From Adineta vaga (lineage: Eukaryota > Animalia > Rotifera), in the NCBI GenBank assembly GCA_021613535.1, contig CP075495.1, forward strand, positions 8,184,001 to 8,248,000: a DNA stretch of 64,000 bases, read 5' to 3'. How positions within the stretch are numbered: the first letter of the stretch is position 1; every line of letters starts with the position of its first letter. A program made the translations under genes and the position numbers. Positions 11,916 to 26,140 of the stretch are shown here, one piece after another. The notes under the pieces are model-generated. The model made no database searches and had not been told where the DNA came from. It saw only the letters and a program-made list of their open reading frames with translations.

Positions 11916-14900
11916 TTATCGATCAGTAGGGAAAAAACGCGCATTTGTATTTTTACCATTTGGATTACTTATATTAGCAGCTGCAGCACGAATTTGCATT
12001 TGACGATGACGAACTATAGAATAAATTGAAATGAAAATATGAAAAAAATTAGATTCATGATCTTCTACTTTGATCAATTAGATATGAACTACCATAACCA
12101 TCATTGAAAGTAAGTTGATTAATTCGCATCGGTTGTTGTTGTTGTTGTTGCTGCTGCTGTTGTGTTGACTGTTGATTAGTCGTTAGAAAACCCGGGAAAT
12201 ATTCATTTAGATTCCCTGTTGATACACCCTGTTGCTAGAATAGGAAATATTTATCCATGACATTGATGAGACATGTTTCATTGATAGAAAAAAAATGTCA
12301 TGTCAAAGTTCATAATTTTATTCACATATTCGATTAGATTCTCATATGAAACTCCTTGAAAAGAATACGAGATTACATATCTATTAGATGGAAATAAATT
12401 TGTTTGATTCTAAGTCGATCTTTGACAGATTCATTACTACAGTACTCTATTTACAACAGATATCCTCTTAAAATAATTTTTGAGTAATTAGACGTATCCA
12501 TTTGTTTTCAATCGATTCAACATGATTTCTCTCAAGAGTAAAACATACCATTGATTCAGCATAATAAACTTCAGCTCGAAATCGTTCATCTTCTGTAATC
12601 AATTGTTCATCAAGTATTTGTATTTGTGGCAATTTAAACATAACAAAAAATCGATAGGTTGATTTACGAGACACCTAAAATAAAATCTTCTATATTATTT
12701 GATCAAAACAAAGTTTATTTACCGGATTATTAATTAGAGATAATTCATTCAGACAAACAAGAAGAGTGAGTTTTTCAATTTCCATTGTTTCCTTTAAATA
12801 GAAAATCAAATCAATGAATACATGTTTTTGGCTTGACAAAAAGAATTTTTTTTACTGGAATTTTATTTGTACCCAAAAAGAGTTTTTCTAATTTAACCAT
12901 ACGATCAAAAAAGGATAATTCTCGAATGCGATTTTCTTCTAAATGTAATTCAACTAAATTTGTTTGAAAGGCAAATGATGTTTCCGTAATTAATCGAATT
13001 TTATTTTTATCCAAAACTAATTCACGTAGATTACGTAATGATTCTAAACCTTCTACTTTTGTTATTTCATTTCCTACAAAACAAAATAGAAAGATATTCG
13101 TTAAATATTTTTTCCAACTAATCAAATAGTACTAACCTTGAAGAAATAATGATCGTAATGATGGAATTTTATTTAATTGAAGTGTAACAAGATCAGAAAT
13201 GTTATTATATCTATATGAATGACAGAAATGGTTCAAATTCATTTCGAAGGAAAAAAACAACATACGCTAGATGAAGAATTTCAAGATTTTCTAATACAAT
13301 ACGATTATCAACATTTTCAGTAATCGGTTTTCCACGATGATCAAGTCGAGGTTTAGTTGGACGCGGAAGAATACTTTCAACACGATTATAATTCAAACAA
13401 AGTACCTGAATGTAAAAATAAAAATACTATTGATCAACGAATAAATTGTTAAAGATCACCTTTAGATTTGGTAGATAAATAAGACCTGAGAAACTTGTTA
13501 ATTGATTATGTTCAAGATTGATACATTTGAGTGCAGGAAATTGTGCATTTAATTCTACACCACGTATTGAACTTTGAGGTAATTCAAGATGTTTAATGTC
13601 TATAAAATAGATAACAAACAAAAACAAAAAAAAGGATACAGAGAAGAAAATTATCAATAACTTGACCTGAAAAATCACTATGTCCTAATTTTTCTACAAT
13701 AAAATCTGCTGTTAATTTTCCACCAAATGTTTCTCGTGCTTCGCCACTTTCTAAACAAACATATAAACAAACATGATAAACTTCATCGAATCAAACTTTT
13801 CTTACCTTGAATTTCTACAGCAAAACCATCAAAAGCTCTTAAAGATTTTAAATGATAGATAATAAACAATCGATATTTTTCTGCTTCGTGACATATTGGA
13901 TTACCCCATAAATCCAAAATTAACAAATTCGATAAAGTCTGAAATGTCATTTCAATAAAAAGTATTTCTAAAGAAAACAAAAACTTGATTTTTACTTTTA
14001 AATGAAATATGTCTCGAATATTTTTAATCAAATTATTTCCAGCATATAATTCAATCAATGTTGAACAAGCATTTAATTTCGCTAGGCTATGTAATCGATT
14101 ATGATCAATAGCTAAGTATGATAATCGTGGAAGATTATTAATAACTTGTCCTTCAATATCAGTTATATCATTTTTTGAGACATTTAAACGATTTAAACTC
14201 AAAAGATTTTCAATACCATCAATAACTTTCAAGAAATTATTTTCGATCGATAGTTCTTCTAATTTAACAAGTGTTTCCAAACCCTATAGAAACAAGAAAA
14301 TCTACCTTTTATTGTTCAGAAGGAAAAAAAAACGATTTACTTGAATTTTTGTTAGACAATTATTATCAAACGATGCCCAACGTAAACAAATCATATTTGA
14401 AAGATCAGGTAATTGTATTAGATGAACATCATTTAAACATAAACTTGTTACTTTTGACATCCAATAGATATCATCAATTTTTGGTTGATGAAAACCAAGT
14501 GGATCATTTGTATAGATATCATAATATTTGGCAATAAAATAACTACGTAAATCTCGAGGACGATATGGATAGATTCGACTATGGAGAATCAAATTTTCCT
14601 AAAAAAGAATACTTTCGTTTAAAAACGAGTTTCTTTTGTTTTTCAAAAAATATATTTACAACAGAACATGACACTTCATTTTGACATTCTTCCGCATCTT
14701 CTCGTTCATCAGTAGTGACATTTATACCATCGAGTGTTACTAATTTCGGTAACAGAGTCAAAGTACGAGCACGATAAGTTTCCATCTAAGCAAAAAACAA
14801 AGGAATGGAATGAGCAGTTTTACTTCTTCTTACTTTATCAAATGGATTTCCACGTAGATCAAGATGTTTTATACTTGAACAATATCGTTTCAATATCAAT

Positions 14901-17900
14901 ACTTCATCCAATGATTTCCTAAGGAAATTATTTGTCGCAATGAGATAGACTAATTTTGTTAAACCTTTCATTCCATCTAATGTTGATAGTTTATTATAAC
15001 TTAAATCAATGGATTCTAATGCATAAAAGTAACATAATTCATCTAATTTAACTAATTCATTAAATGCTAAATTAATTGAACGAAGATTTTTTAAATTTGA
15101 TAGAAATTTGATTGAATGTAAATTGCAACAAGCAAGATTTAATTCGACAATATTGGAAAGATTTTTTTCTTTAGTAATTTCTAAGAGAATCTCTTCAGTT
15201 AATTCATCACTAAAAGAATTTTTCAAAGCAAAAGAAATCAAATGAATATTAATGGAAATTCTTTACGAACATTTGCAATGAATTTTCTTCATCTTTTGAA
15301 GAAAGAATACAATTATCTTGATTCACTTCTTCATTGTATGTTATTATAGTTAATTCATCAATTTTTCCAAGTTTAATCCGACTAATTTGATCACTAAGGG
15401 TATTATTTGCAGCCTGAAATCAACACACAATAAATTCATCTTGATCAAAACGATAACTATCTTACAGAAAATAAATATTCATATTCAATAATATATTCAG
15501 CATAGGCATGTAATGGATCGAAGAGAAACCATTGTTGTTGATGTGTTCCACAATCACAATGTTCTTTAAGAAAAATAAAACATAGATATTTTGTACATTT
15601 TCTCAATATATTTACCAGTTTTTAGAGATACACGCTCAGGAAAAGTAACATGCCGAGATATGCTTGCATGATTGAGATGATTTTTAGATGTTATACTAAA
15701 AAAATATGTAAAATATTCAATGAATGGGAAGATTTCTTCAAATAATAACTAACCTAGGATCTGCTTGATAGTCGGGAAATGGTAATCTAGAGAGAGAGAG
15801 AAAAATGAAACATTCATGAGTAGATATCATTTCTATACTAATAATATCTAACTCTTTTGTTGGTATTGTTGTTGATGAACCAATATATACTTTCGCCAAA
15901 AGAACGCTACCTATAAATATAAACAATTATCGAAAACTTCCATGATAAGAAATGAGATGATTTACCAAAACGATATTTATCTCGATTATGATAACCAGCT
16001 TGTTCAATACGAAGATAATCAGTTACAGCAAGTGAATTTGAAAATGGTATTGCTTCTTCTTGACCCATAGACTAATGAATATCAACATGAAATATGTTTA
16101 AATTATGAAGAATCACGATGAACAAACTTTATATAATTCAACATTTGGAAAACCATGTTCAGAAATGGATTCGATCGTTGTTAATTGATGCATTTGATTA
16201 TTTTGATAATGTCGTGATGGTTGAGTTGTATAGAATAGATATTCTAATTTTGATTGAATAGATTTTGTTCTTCAAAAAGAAAAATAACTAATTCGAACAA
16301 AATATAATTGTTGTTTTCTACTTGATAGAATCATCTTCTTCTTCAAGAATATAATCAAGACTATGATCGAATTGTAATTTTTTTGGTCGATTAAACAATC
16401 GTGTGATACGATGAATTTTTATACCAGTTATATTATATCGATTATAAATAGATGAACAGAAACGTGAGAGTAGAAGATCTTTTGCAGCATTATACCTAGT
16501 AGAAAAGAAATATTGATTTCTAAATAATAGATTATACGATTTTGTCTTACCAAACATCATTAACAGTTCCTTCTTCAAAACGAATATTTCCTCCACTGAT
16601 TAATTCTAATTGAATACGAGATGCAAGTTGAGCTTTTTGTTGTAATAAAATAAAATGAGCAGTTTCATATTGAGCAGCAAGACTAAATTTATTTTGCAAA
16701 TTTGAACAAAATTTCCCATTAAAAAGCAACGTACTTATTTAGAATATTTTGCCAAATAACCAATCGTTGTCGGAAAAGTTCAATTTGTTTTTCAAGTTTT
16801 TCTCGTTTATTCTTCGTAAGAAAAGAAACAACCTCACAGTGAATACTTTTTTATTTCATATGAACTCATTCGACTTACATCTCCACCAGCACGTGTTCGT
16901 TGATGTTTTTCAGGTAGATGTAATTCTTGCTTTAATTGTTGAAGACTTCTCATTAATAATCGTATATGTTCTTCCGGTATATGTTCATTCTTTTTTCGTA
17001 ATTGTTTTAATCGAATTTCAAATTCATCATATTCACGTTCTAATGTTTTCGATTTCATATGATACCACATTTTCTTTTTTGTCACCGTTGCCTAAAATGT
17101 CAAGAATTATTTATTCGAAGAAAAAAAAATAATCCTATTCGATGGAATTCATTTCTTACTTCTGCTTGTTCAGCAACTTGTCGAGTTGAAATATGTACTC
17201 CATCTATATATTCAAGATATGGTAGATGATATAAAATATGAACATGATAATTAGCCATAGAAGCTACAGGACTTTTGCCTCCATAAACAGGATCACTAAA
17301 TGCAATATTACGTAGTTTGGGTAATGCTGTTAGAATAGTAATATCCTACAGAAACGAAATTCATTTATTTATAAAAAAATATCAAAAATTATACTTGAAA
17401 AGAACTGATTTTATTATCAGCAAGATTTAACACTTCAAGTTCAGTATTTTCTCCAAGTGATGCACCTGAGAAAAGAAAAAAAACAAAGAAATCAAACTTT
17501 GTTTTGTAGCGTGAAAAGCTGGCACAAACAAACCAATAGATTTGATTTGATTCGAAGCAAGATTTAGATCTTTGAGATGTTTTGCACTTGCTAATCCCTG
17601 ATATAATAATAATAACAATAATCGAGATCAAGAAAATAGAAAAATACGCAATGAATACTTCAATTTTTGTAATCAAATTTTCATTGAGCCACAGGTGTTC
17701 GAGTTGTTGTAAACTACCAAGATGTTCGATTGTTGTTATTGCGTTGGCGTACAAATACAAACGTTGCAAATGACTACATCGACTAAGACCTTCAATTTGC
17801 TAAAATAAAAATAACAAATTCAATCAATAACATCACCATGTATTTCATATTTACTATAAATAAATAACAATGATGATATTTTTCAAGTCCTTCAAAGCTC

Positions 17901-18541
17901 TATGTTTAATCAGTTTATTCGGTATACTATTTACATTGAATCCAATAGCCTTTGCATACATGCGTCAGGTCTTTAAAGTACTTTTGTGTATGCAAGAAAT
18001 GTTTGAATGTATGTCCTTATTCTACAAGTTCTATGCTCTTTCTTTCTTGCTTTCCTTTTCAAAGCATGTTTCTAACCTAGTATATGTATATATACTCAGC
18101 TTTTTCTTTCATTGAATTAATACTTGAAGTCAAAACACTTACAAATAAATATTTATAATCAAAAACATACGTTAAGACAAGGTACGTACATACCGTTAGT
18201 TTGCATTCTGTAATCCATAGTTCTCGTAAATTGATACATGTATCTAAACCTTCAATACGTTCAATATTTTGATTGACAATAACGAGTTTTAAAAGATTTG
18301 GAAATGGATTAAGACTTATCAGACGAGGTAGACCAGAAAAAAACATCTCAAGTACTTGTACATGTGGATCAATTCCATTGTTATTACGATGCAATGCATT
18401 GTAATTAATGCCATTTGAATCACACTAAAATAATCGAAAATGACATTTTAGTCATTAAAATTAATAGACACGCATAGTTAATTAACGATTTGAAATATTT
18501 ACTATATCTTTAAGTATATTTTCGTCTTCAACAGTTTTCAT
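11916..18541 (-). CDS. LRRC9: Leucine-rich repeat-containing protein 9, many exons
   Basis: N-terminus MKTVEDENILKDICDSNG...LEMFFSGLPRLISLNPFPNL...LRELWITECKL, three SDS22-like LRR blocks with LRRcap motifs (YRLFIIYHLKSLRAFDG, YRFFVMFKLPQIQILDE), a central RFEEG...AEYIIEYEY region and a poly-Q tail. Stop at 11916-11918. Confidence 0.92.
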
Positions 18542-18672
18542 CTCTTTTATATGTATATATTATTTGAAAATGTTTCGTCGAACATGTGTTTGCATTTAAC
18601 TATGTAAATGAACTTTTTCTTTTCTTTCATTTCTTCATACTTCTATCCATCTAATGATTTTTTTCTCGTTAT

Positions 18673-18685
18673 GTTGCTTGGTGAC
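18673..18685. promoter_or_regulatory. Candidate RFX X-box upstream of LRRC9
   Basis: GTTGCTTGGTGAC resembles the GTNRCY-N0-3-RGYAAC consensus and lies about 130 bp upstream of the ATG of a cilia-associated gene. Confidence 0.45.
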
Positions 18686-19275
18686 AACGATATTGACTTC
18701 TTCTATGTATCATTTATGCACTTGAATAATCATTGATTTTTTTGAAGAAAATTCATTGAAATAAATTTTATGAAAAAATTTTTGGAAAAAACTCAATTAA
18801 AATCGTGAAATATTTTCTATTGGTTAGTTTCATCACCTTTCATTCTATCGACGCGCTCCTTTCCTTACCTTACTACCTCGCTTCACTTCTTTTTAACTTG
18901 CTCATCTCGGTACAGGAATTTCTTTCCAAATGGCATTTAATACAATGTACCAAAATTATCAATTCTTTTACAATCAAATACGAAAACAAAATGATCAAAT
19001 TACATTTCGTTCTTAAAATGAATAGTTGTATTTCGAAAATGTCCTTTACGGTGAATGATACAAGATAGGTTTTTCAATCAAAATATGTACTAATCGTAAA
19101 GTACAAGCAAGAATAAAAATAGAATCAAAACATTCTTTTTATCGTACATTTATCTATATGATAATACATCCCAACATGAAACGAAGGTGATTGTGCATGA
19201 TGTGTAAAAGAGGAGAATATAAACGATCACTTGTCTTCATAAAATATATATATATTTATTTAAATTTTCTTAGAC

Positions 19276-22162
19276 ATGCCGAGTGTATCAAATAATGATG
19301 ATGATAATAAATCGAATTCAACATTAAATGATGGAAATCATAATATTATCGTTGAACGACCTGTTATTACACAAAAATCATTCGATAAAGTATTTATTCC
19401 AACTGCATATGAAGATCGAACACCAATGGTAATTTTACGACAAATGCGAAGTTATGTGCAAAAGAAATGTCTACCTTCAAAACAATGTGGAAAATCATAT
19501 TTTAAAGTATTATTTCCGTTTTTATCATGGTTGAAAATTTATGAAATGGCTTGGTTACCAAGTGATATTATTTCGGGTATTACGGTATGAAATGATTTAT
19601 ATTATTTAGGAAAAAAATGTTCTCATTTTTGTTATTTAGATTGCAATTATGCAGATTCCACAAGGAATGGCTTATGCTTTATTGGCACGATTACCAGCGA
19701 TTATTGGTAGGAATTTTCATTGATGAAATCATATATTAAAGAAAACCAGTGGACTTTTATGTTATTTAGGCTTATATGTTTCATTTTTTCCAGCATTGAT
19801 CTATGCTTTATTTGGTACATCAAGACATTTATCTATGGGTTAATATCTAATACTCATAGTGAATGTATAAAATAGGAAATTTCTTTGAACTTCAGGTGCT
19901 ATTGCAGTGATCAGTTTGATGACTGGGAATGTTGTTGATCGTCTTAGTATAAAACCGATGTTAACACTTGCTGAATCAAGTGTTACAAATAGTACAATAA
20001 ATGATGGTACAATTGATCCAAATTATGCCATTGTTATTGCAACTACATTAGCTTTTACAGTTGGAATCATTCATGTAATTATTTCTTTCAGAATTTGAAG
20101 AAAAATATCATTGATCCTTTTTTCTTTAAATTCTCTAGTTAATTTTATGTGTTTTTCATCTTGGTTTTGTTACATCGTTTCTTTCTGATACATTCATTAG
20201 CGGTTATACAACGGGTACTGCAATATTAGTATTTACATCGCAAGTACCCGATATATTTGGTTTAACATTAAAACGATATGTCGGTCCGTTGAATATTGTC
20301 TATGTAAATGACATATGTTTTCTTTTTTTTCTAATATTTCTTTTGATTATTTTTAGACATATATTGAAATATTTTCCAATTTAAGAAAAACAAATCTGGC
20401 TACATTGATTGTATCCATATGTGCAATAGTAACATTGATTATTGTGAAAGAATATCTTGATCCATTCTATAAAAAACATATTAAAAAAATCAAACTTTTT
20501 CAAAAAATACAAATACCTATTCCAATCGAATTGATTGTGGTATGTTCTATCGAAATGACAATTGTGAAAGGAATCGCGTAATGTTTTGTTCGTTCTTTTT
20601 CTTTCTCGCGTAGATTATTGTCGGTACATTAGTTTCGTATAGTATGGATTTAAATGGTCGTTATAAAGTGAAAATTGTGAATACAATTGGCCGTGGGTAA
20701 TTGAGAACAAGATGAAATCTATCTAATTGATAATTTCTATATTGATTCTTTATTAGATTTCGTAAACCACAAGGGCCATCCTTAGCGCTCATGCCTAGTT
20801 TACTTAAAGATGCTATTATTATTGCTGTTGTTTCGTTTGCTATTTGCATATCATTGGCAAAAACATATGCAAAAAAATACAAATATACTGTGAATTCTAA
20901 TCAGGAATTAGCTGCTTATGGATTATGTAATGTAAGTTATTTAGAAAAATACTTCAATAATTATCTTTTTTCTTTTCTTTTTTTAAATTAGATAATTGGA
21001 TCATTTTTTGGATCATATTCAAGTGCAGCCTCTTTGTCACGAACGAGTGTTTATGTGAATACCGGTGGTCGAACACAAGTAAGAAGACATCTTGTATGAT
21101 TCCATAGAATTCAATATTTTTCATATCTTTTAGGCAGGTTGTTTGATTTCCTGTGCTTTTTTACTCATAATTATTCTAAGAATTGGATCCTTATTTGAAT
21201 CATTACCCAAAGTAATTGTTAAACATCAGTGAAATAGGATGAATTCTTTCGTTTTTATTAGGCATGTTTAGCAGCAATTATTGTTGTTGCATTAAAAGGT
21301 TTATTTTTACAAGTGAAAGATATCTATACCATTGGTCATGTAACAAAATTAGAAGCAGTAAATTAGACAAAGCACATATCTCGTCAATTCAATTTATATT
21401 TTAGATTGTTTGGATTATGACATTTTTAAGTACAGTTATACTTGATGTTGATTATGGACTTATCGTTGGTATTGTAGTATCACTTATTGTTGTTATAATT
21501 CGTCAATTTCGGTTAGTTCTATTCCGGAATATATTGTTTTCTTTCTATACAATATTTTAGACCTCGTACTACTATTCTCGGTCAATATGAACGTAGTGAA
21601 ATATATAAAACTGCAAAACGTTTTTCAAATGTAAAGTTTTTTCGAAACGATTTCTCTTAGGAAAATCTTGTTTTCTTTTATTAAGGTTCATGAATTTTCA
21701 CATATCAAAATCTTTCGTTTTGAATCACCAATAATATATTTCAATGCTGATTATTTTCGTGAAAGTCTGCTAGATGCTGTTGGTATTGATTTAAAAACAG
21801 GACAAAAACGAAATATTTATCCGAAACAATCGAATGAATTTTATCCTAATTCAACTCGCGTTATTATTGATTGTTCATCGATTAGTCAACTTGATTACAG
21901 TGGTGGAAAAATCTTTCTTCAAACATTGAAAGAACTTAATGATTGTCAATATAAGATCTACTTGTGTAATCTTCGATGTATGTCATTTTCTCTAAGAGAA
22001 AAAACCGTGATATTGATTTCGTTGTCTATTTTAGATTATAATTATGATGTTTTGGAAAAACTTGAAATGGATAAAGTTTGTTCAGTGAAAGTAATGGCTA
22101 CTGTTCATGATGCTGTACATCATATTCAAGATGATCTCATGGAAAATAATGATCACGTATGA
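19276..22162 (+). CDS. SLC26 anion transporter (prestin/pendrin-like) with STAS domain
   Basis: Motifs FPFLSWL...SDIISGIT|IAIMQIPQGMAYALLA, FGTSRHLSMG, FISGYTTG, PIPIELIV, NQELAAYGLCN, SLSRT, LDVDYGL, and STAS IFRFESPIIYFNADYF...VIIDCSSISQLDYSG...TVHDAV. Confidence 0.95.
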
Positions 22163-22583
22163 TTTGATATTTTTATTTATTTCTGGGCTTGTTTTTTTAC
22201 TACAATTCTAAGAAACTTTTTAGTTTTTATTACTTGATGAACAATTATAATAGAAGTAATGTTTTCATATGTTAATATTCACTGACATATTGTGTTGTGT
22301 AACATTCTCACACTCGATTAATATCTTTCTGTTCATTTGAAAAAAAATCATTCTAATTTACTATCGTTATCGTTTAGATTTTCAAAAGTGATGATCTGAA
22401 TTCGTCGAATATTACGGTAAAAGAACCTTGTATGATGTACAAAAATTCAATGTATTTTTTCTTCTTTTTTATTTAGGATCAAATACTGGTGATGAAATTC
22501 TAGTATCTTATTTTAAATACATATTTTCTTTTAATTTTCAAAATTTTCCGTTCAAATAAATAAAAGCAATCGAATTCTAGATA

Positions 22584-24714
22584 ATGCATTTTTCATTGTT
22601 TTCTCTATTCTTTGTGATTGTTGCTGTTGCTCATGGACAAGAACAAGATAGTTTATTCAATACAAAAGTTGAACGATCGCTTGATCTTGTTTCACATTTA
22701 CCAAAAGAAACAATAATAGTGACATTTGAAAATCGTGGAACAAAATCAGTACGTTATTATGATTACTATGTCGAACCACAACATGTTGATGATGTTGCTT
22801 ATGTTGGAGCAATTGTAAGTAATTCAAAATGAAAATCTCATTTTGTTTTCTTAGTTATTGAGTATAAATTATATATGTATTCATCATTTCTTTCTTCTTC
22901 TTCGTCTTCTTTTTTAGGTAAAAGGAAAAAATAGTGATGATCAAGGTACACTTCCGATTAAAAAAGAAGTTACTGATAAAACTAAGTAAAAAAATAGATA
23001 TATATATCTCACTTCTTTTAATCTTCATTGGATTTTTATTTCATCAGAGGAACAATGTATCGTATTGAATTGCCCCATGATCTTCGTCCTAGTCAAACAA
23101 TGACACTTGAAATTGAAGTTATTCATGTACATGCATTACGTATGTATCCAGAAGAGATTGCACAAGACGAACGACAATTAGTTCTATATAAAACAAATGC
23201 TTATTATTATTCGAAATATTCAAGTGAAACACAGAAAATGCGTGTAACATTACCAACTGATCGTGCTGAATCTTATACGCAAACACCCAAACCAGTTAGT
23301 AAAAGTGAACAAATCATTACTTATGGATCCTATGATACTATTTCACCATATTCTCGTAATGAAATTTCATTACATTATGAAAATAATAATCCATTTTTAA
23401 CGGTTAATAATTTCAAACGATGGATTGAAGTTTCACATTGGGGAAATGTTGCTGTCGAAGAAACAGTTGATATGTATCATAGTGGTGCCAAATTAAAAGG
23501 ACCATTTTCTCGACTTGATTTTCAACGTAGACAAGATAGTTATTCAGCTGTTAAATCATTTAAAGTAAGTTGTCAACGAATGAATATGATTTTCTTTCTT
23601 GTAATTCTCTTCATTTTAGATGTCATTACCAGCATCTGCTCGTGACATTTATTATCGTGATGAAATTGGAAATGTTTCTACTAGTCATGTACGAGACATG
23701 CAAGATCAAGTAGAACTTGAACTTCGTCCTCGTTATCCATTATACGGCGGTTGGAATACTCATTATGTTATTGGTTATAATGTTCCATCATATCAATATC
23801 TATTTAATAAGTAAACTATCAAATGTTTAATTGAAATGAAAAACTAGAACAATTTGATTTATTCTAGAGGAAATCATTATATTTTGAAAATGCGGTTGAT
23901 TGATCATGTTTATGATGATCAATTACTTGAACAAGTTACCGTTAAAATTGTTTTACCAGAGTATGCAAATAATATTGAATTTTATCCATCAATTTATGAT
24001 TCAAATGTAAAACGTTTACCTAATGAAAAACATTACACATATTTAGATACTGTTGGTCGTCCGGTTATTGTTATTACAAAACGTAATGCACTTTTTCAAC
24101 ATATTCAAGATTTTGAAATACATTATACATTTGATAAAATGATGTTATTCCATGAACCTATGTTAATTGTTCTCTCATTATTTGCTTTATTTTGTTCAGT
24201 TATCATTTTAGTTCGAATGAATTTTTCTATTCAACATCATGAAAATCATGAATTACGTACACGTTTACAAAGTATATGGAACCAAATCTTAGAAAATAAT
24301 ATCAAACGAACGAATTTTTATCAAAAATTAGATGATGCATTAAATGCCTATAAAACAAATAAAGATCTTAAACTATATAGTGAACAACGGAAAAAAATTG
24401 ATAATGAATTGAAACTTATTCAACAAGACTTTAGTAATTTACAAACAAAAATTCAAGCTGAAAATGCTGAAACAGCTGATACGGTTTGATTTATTTTTGA
24501 AAATTTCTTGTTTTTTCTTATATTTTATTCTTTGATTAGATTGAACAATTTCAAAACTTGACAACGTCAAATCATGCAGACATTAAGTGGTCATACGGAA
24601 AAATTTGTTACTGGTAAAATACAAAAACAAGCTTATTTAGATGAAGAACAAAATTCACGCCGTAAACTACGTGATATAAATACACAGATATCGACAATTC
24701 TCAATCAATATTGA
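22584..24714 (+). CDS. RPN1: Oligosaccharyltransferase subunit ribophorin I (apparent 1-nt frameshift in the last exon)
   Basis: Signal peptide; [62 protein letters not shown]; TM after EPMLIV; C-terminal [17 protein letters not shown]. Confidence 0.96.
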
Positions 24715-25202
24715 TTGACGATATGATCTTATATTTGACTTAAACGTTTTTTTTTCTCTTCTTTGTTGTATTTGTTGATCTTGTGATTCTGTAGGATGAG
24801 AATCTCTATTAGGCTACATTGCTTTGATTGTATTCTTGCTTTTCATATCCTTCGACTTTTCAATAAAAACACACTGTTTCTGATTCAAAAATTCGACTAT
24901 CATTCATCTAAACTAGCGAATTAAGAAGTTTAATTGAATGTTAATTTTAGAAATACTAATAAGATATGATTTTATATTTTAACCATTTATTGAATAGATT
25001 CTAGTTATGAAAAAAAGACAAGAAATTTGATACATTAGTATTGCAAAAGAACAATAAATCAGACAGAGGAAAAAATGATGAACTATTGTATACTCCTATC
25101 ATAGTAATTTGAACTTCAGATGAGAATTATTTTACATTGTCATTAATAAGGCGAGTATATTTCTTATGTGACAATATACATTTTGTACGAAATTTTCATT
25201 GT

Positions 25203-26140
25203 TTAATTTCTTTGGATTTTATTTATATTTCGTTTTCTGAGTCGTACACTGGCTTCTATTTTATTATCACCTTTTAATCCATAGAATATATAATTCGAAT
25301 CTTCTTTTGTATAGACTGGTAAAGAAAACGTATTGCGTGATTGTGTTTCATTTTTAATTTGATCGAGACTAAGAGGTGGTGTTGTTACTAATGAAAAAGA
25401 AAAGAAAATTAATAGAGTCTAAATAAATAAGAACTCATGTCAAACAATTCGGCCCCAAAAAAGACAAGATTTCTGTAGGTTTTTGCTGAAAATCTAACAG
25501 AATACTACTTCCAGAATCATGGACCTAGGAATGATAAACTTACACTCATCAGTCTGTTTATCACATAATCGTCCGACCCAATTTTCTGCACAGATACATG
25601 CAAATCTTCGACGTGAAATTGAAACTGTTGGAGGTGATTCAATACATTTACCATGCTCACCACATGGATTAATTGGACTGCATAATGAAGATACAGAAAT
25701 ACTAGCAGTAGTCGTCGAACTGGCTGTTGTTGCTAATGTTCGTGATGTACCTATTAAGACATTAAAACGAAATTTCTAGTCAATAATAACATTCTTAGTA
25801 CTATATACTTGAAGCAGTGCTAGAGACATCAACAATATCTGGCCAGTTACAAGCTGTACGGAGAGCATCCCATACAAGAGCACCACATGAACGTAAATAT
25901 GCATTACCAGATTCATCACACTGATAATATTGATGATTATCCGTTGGATGTGGATAGAAATAACTATTTGAATCTTTTTGACATGGATTGTATGTTGCCT
26001 CGTCAAAAAATACTATAGAATAAAACAATCAAGTAGATAGAAATGTATGTTGCTATGCTTTAAAATGAGATTGACATACATTGATAATTAAAAGCATGAA
26101 CAGCTAATGAACAATAAACGGTAATTAACAGCCAATACAT
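25203..26140 (-). CDS. Secreted protein with a chitin-binding type 2 (CBM14)-like domain, Thr/Ser linker and EGF-like domain, 4 exons
   Basis: Signal peptide MYWLLITVYCSLAVHA; NPCQKDSNSYFYPHPTDNHQYYQCDESGNAYLRSCGALVWDALRTACNWP; EGF LCSPINPCGEHGKC...FACICAENWVGRLCD. Stop at 25203-25205. Confidence 0.85.
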
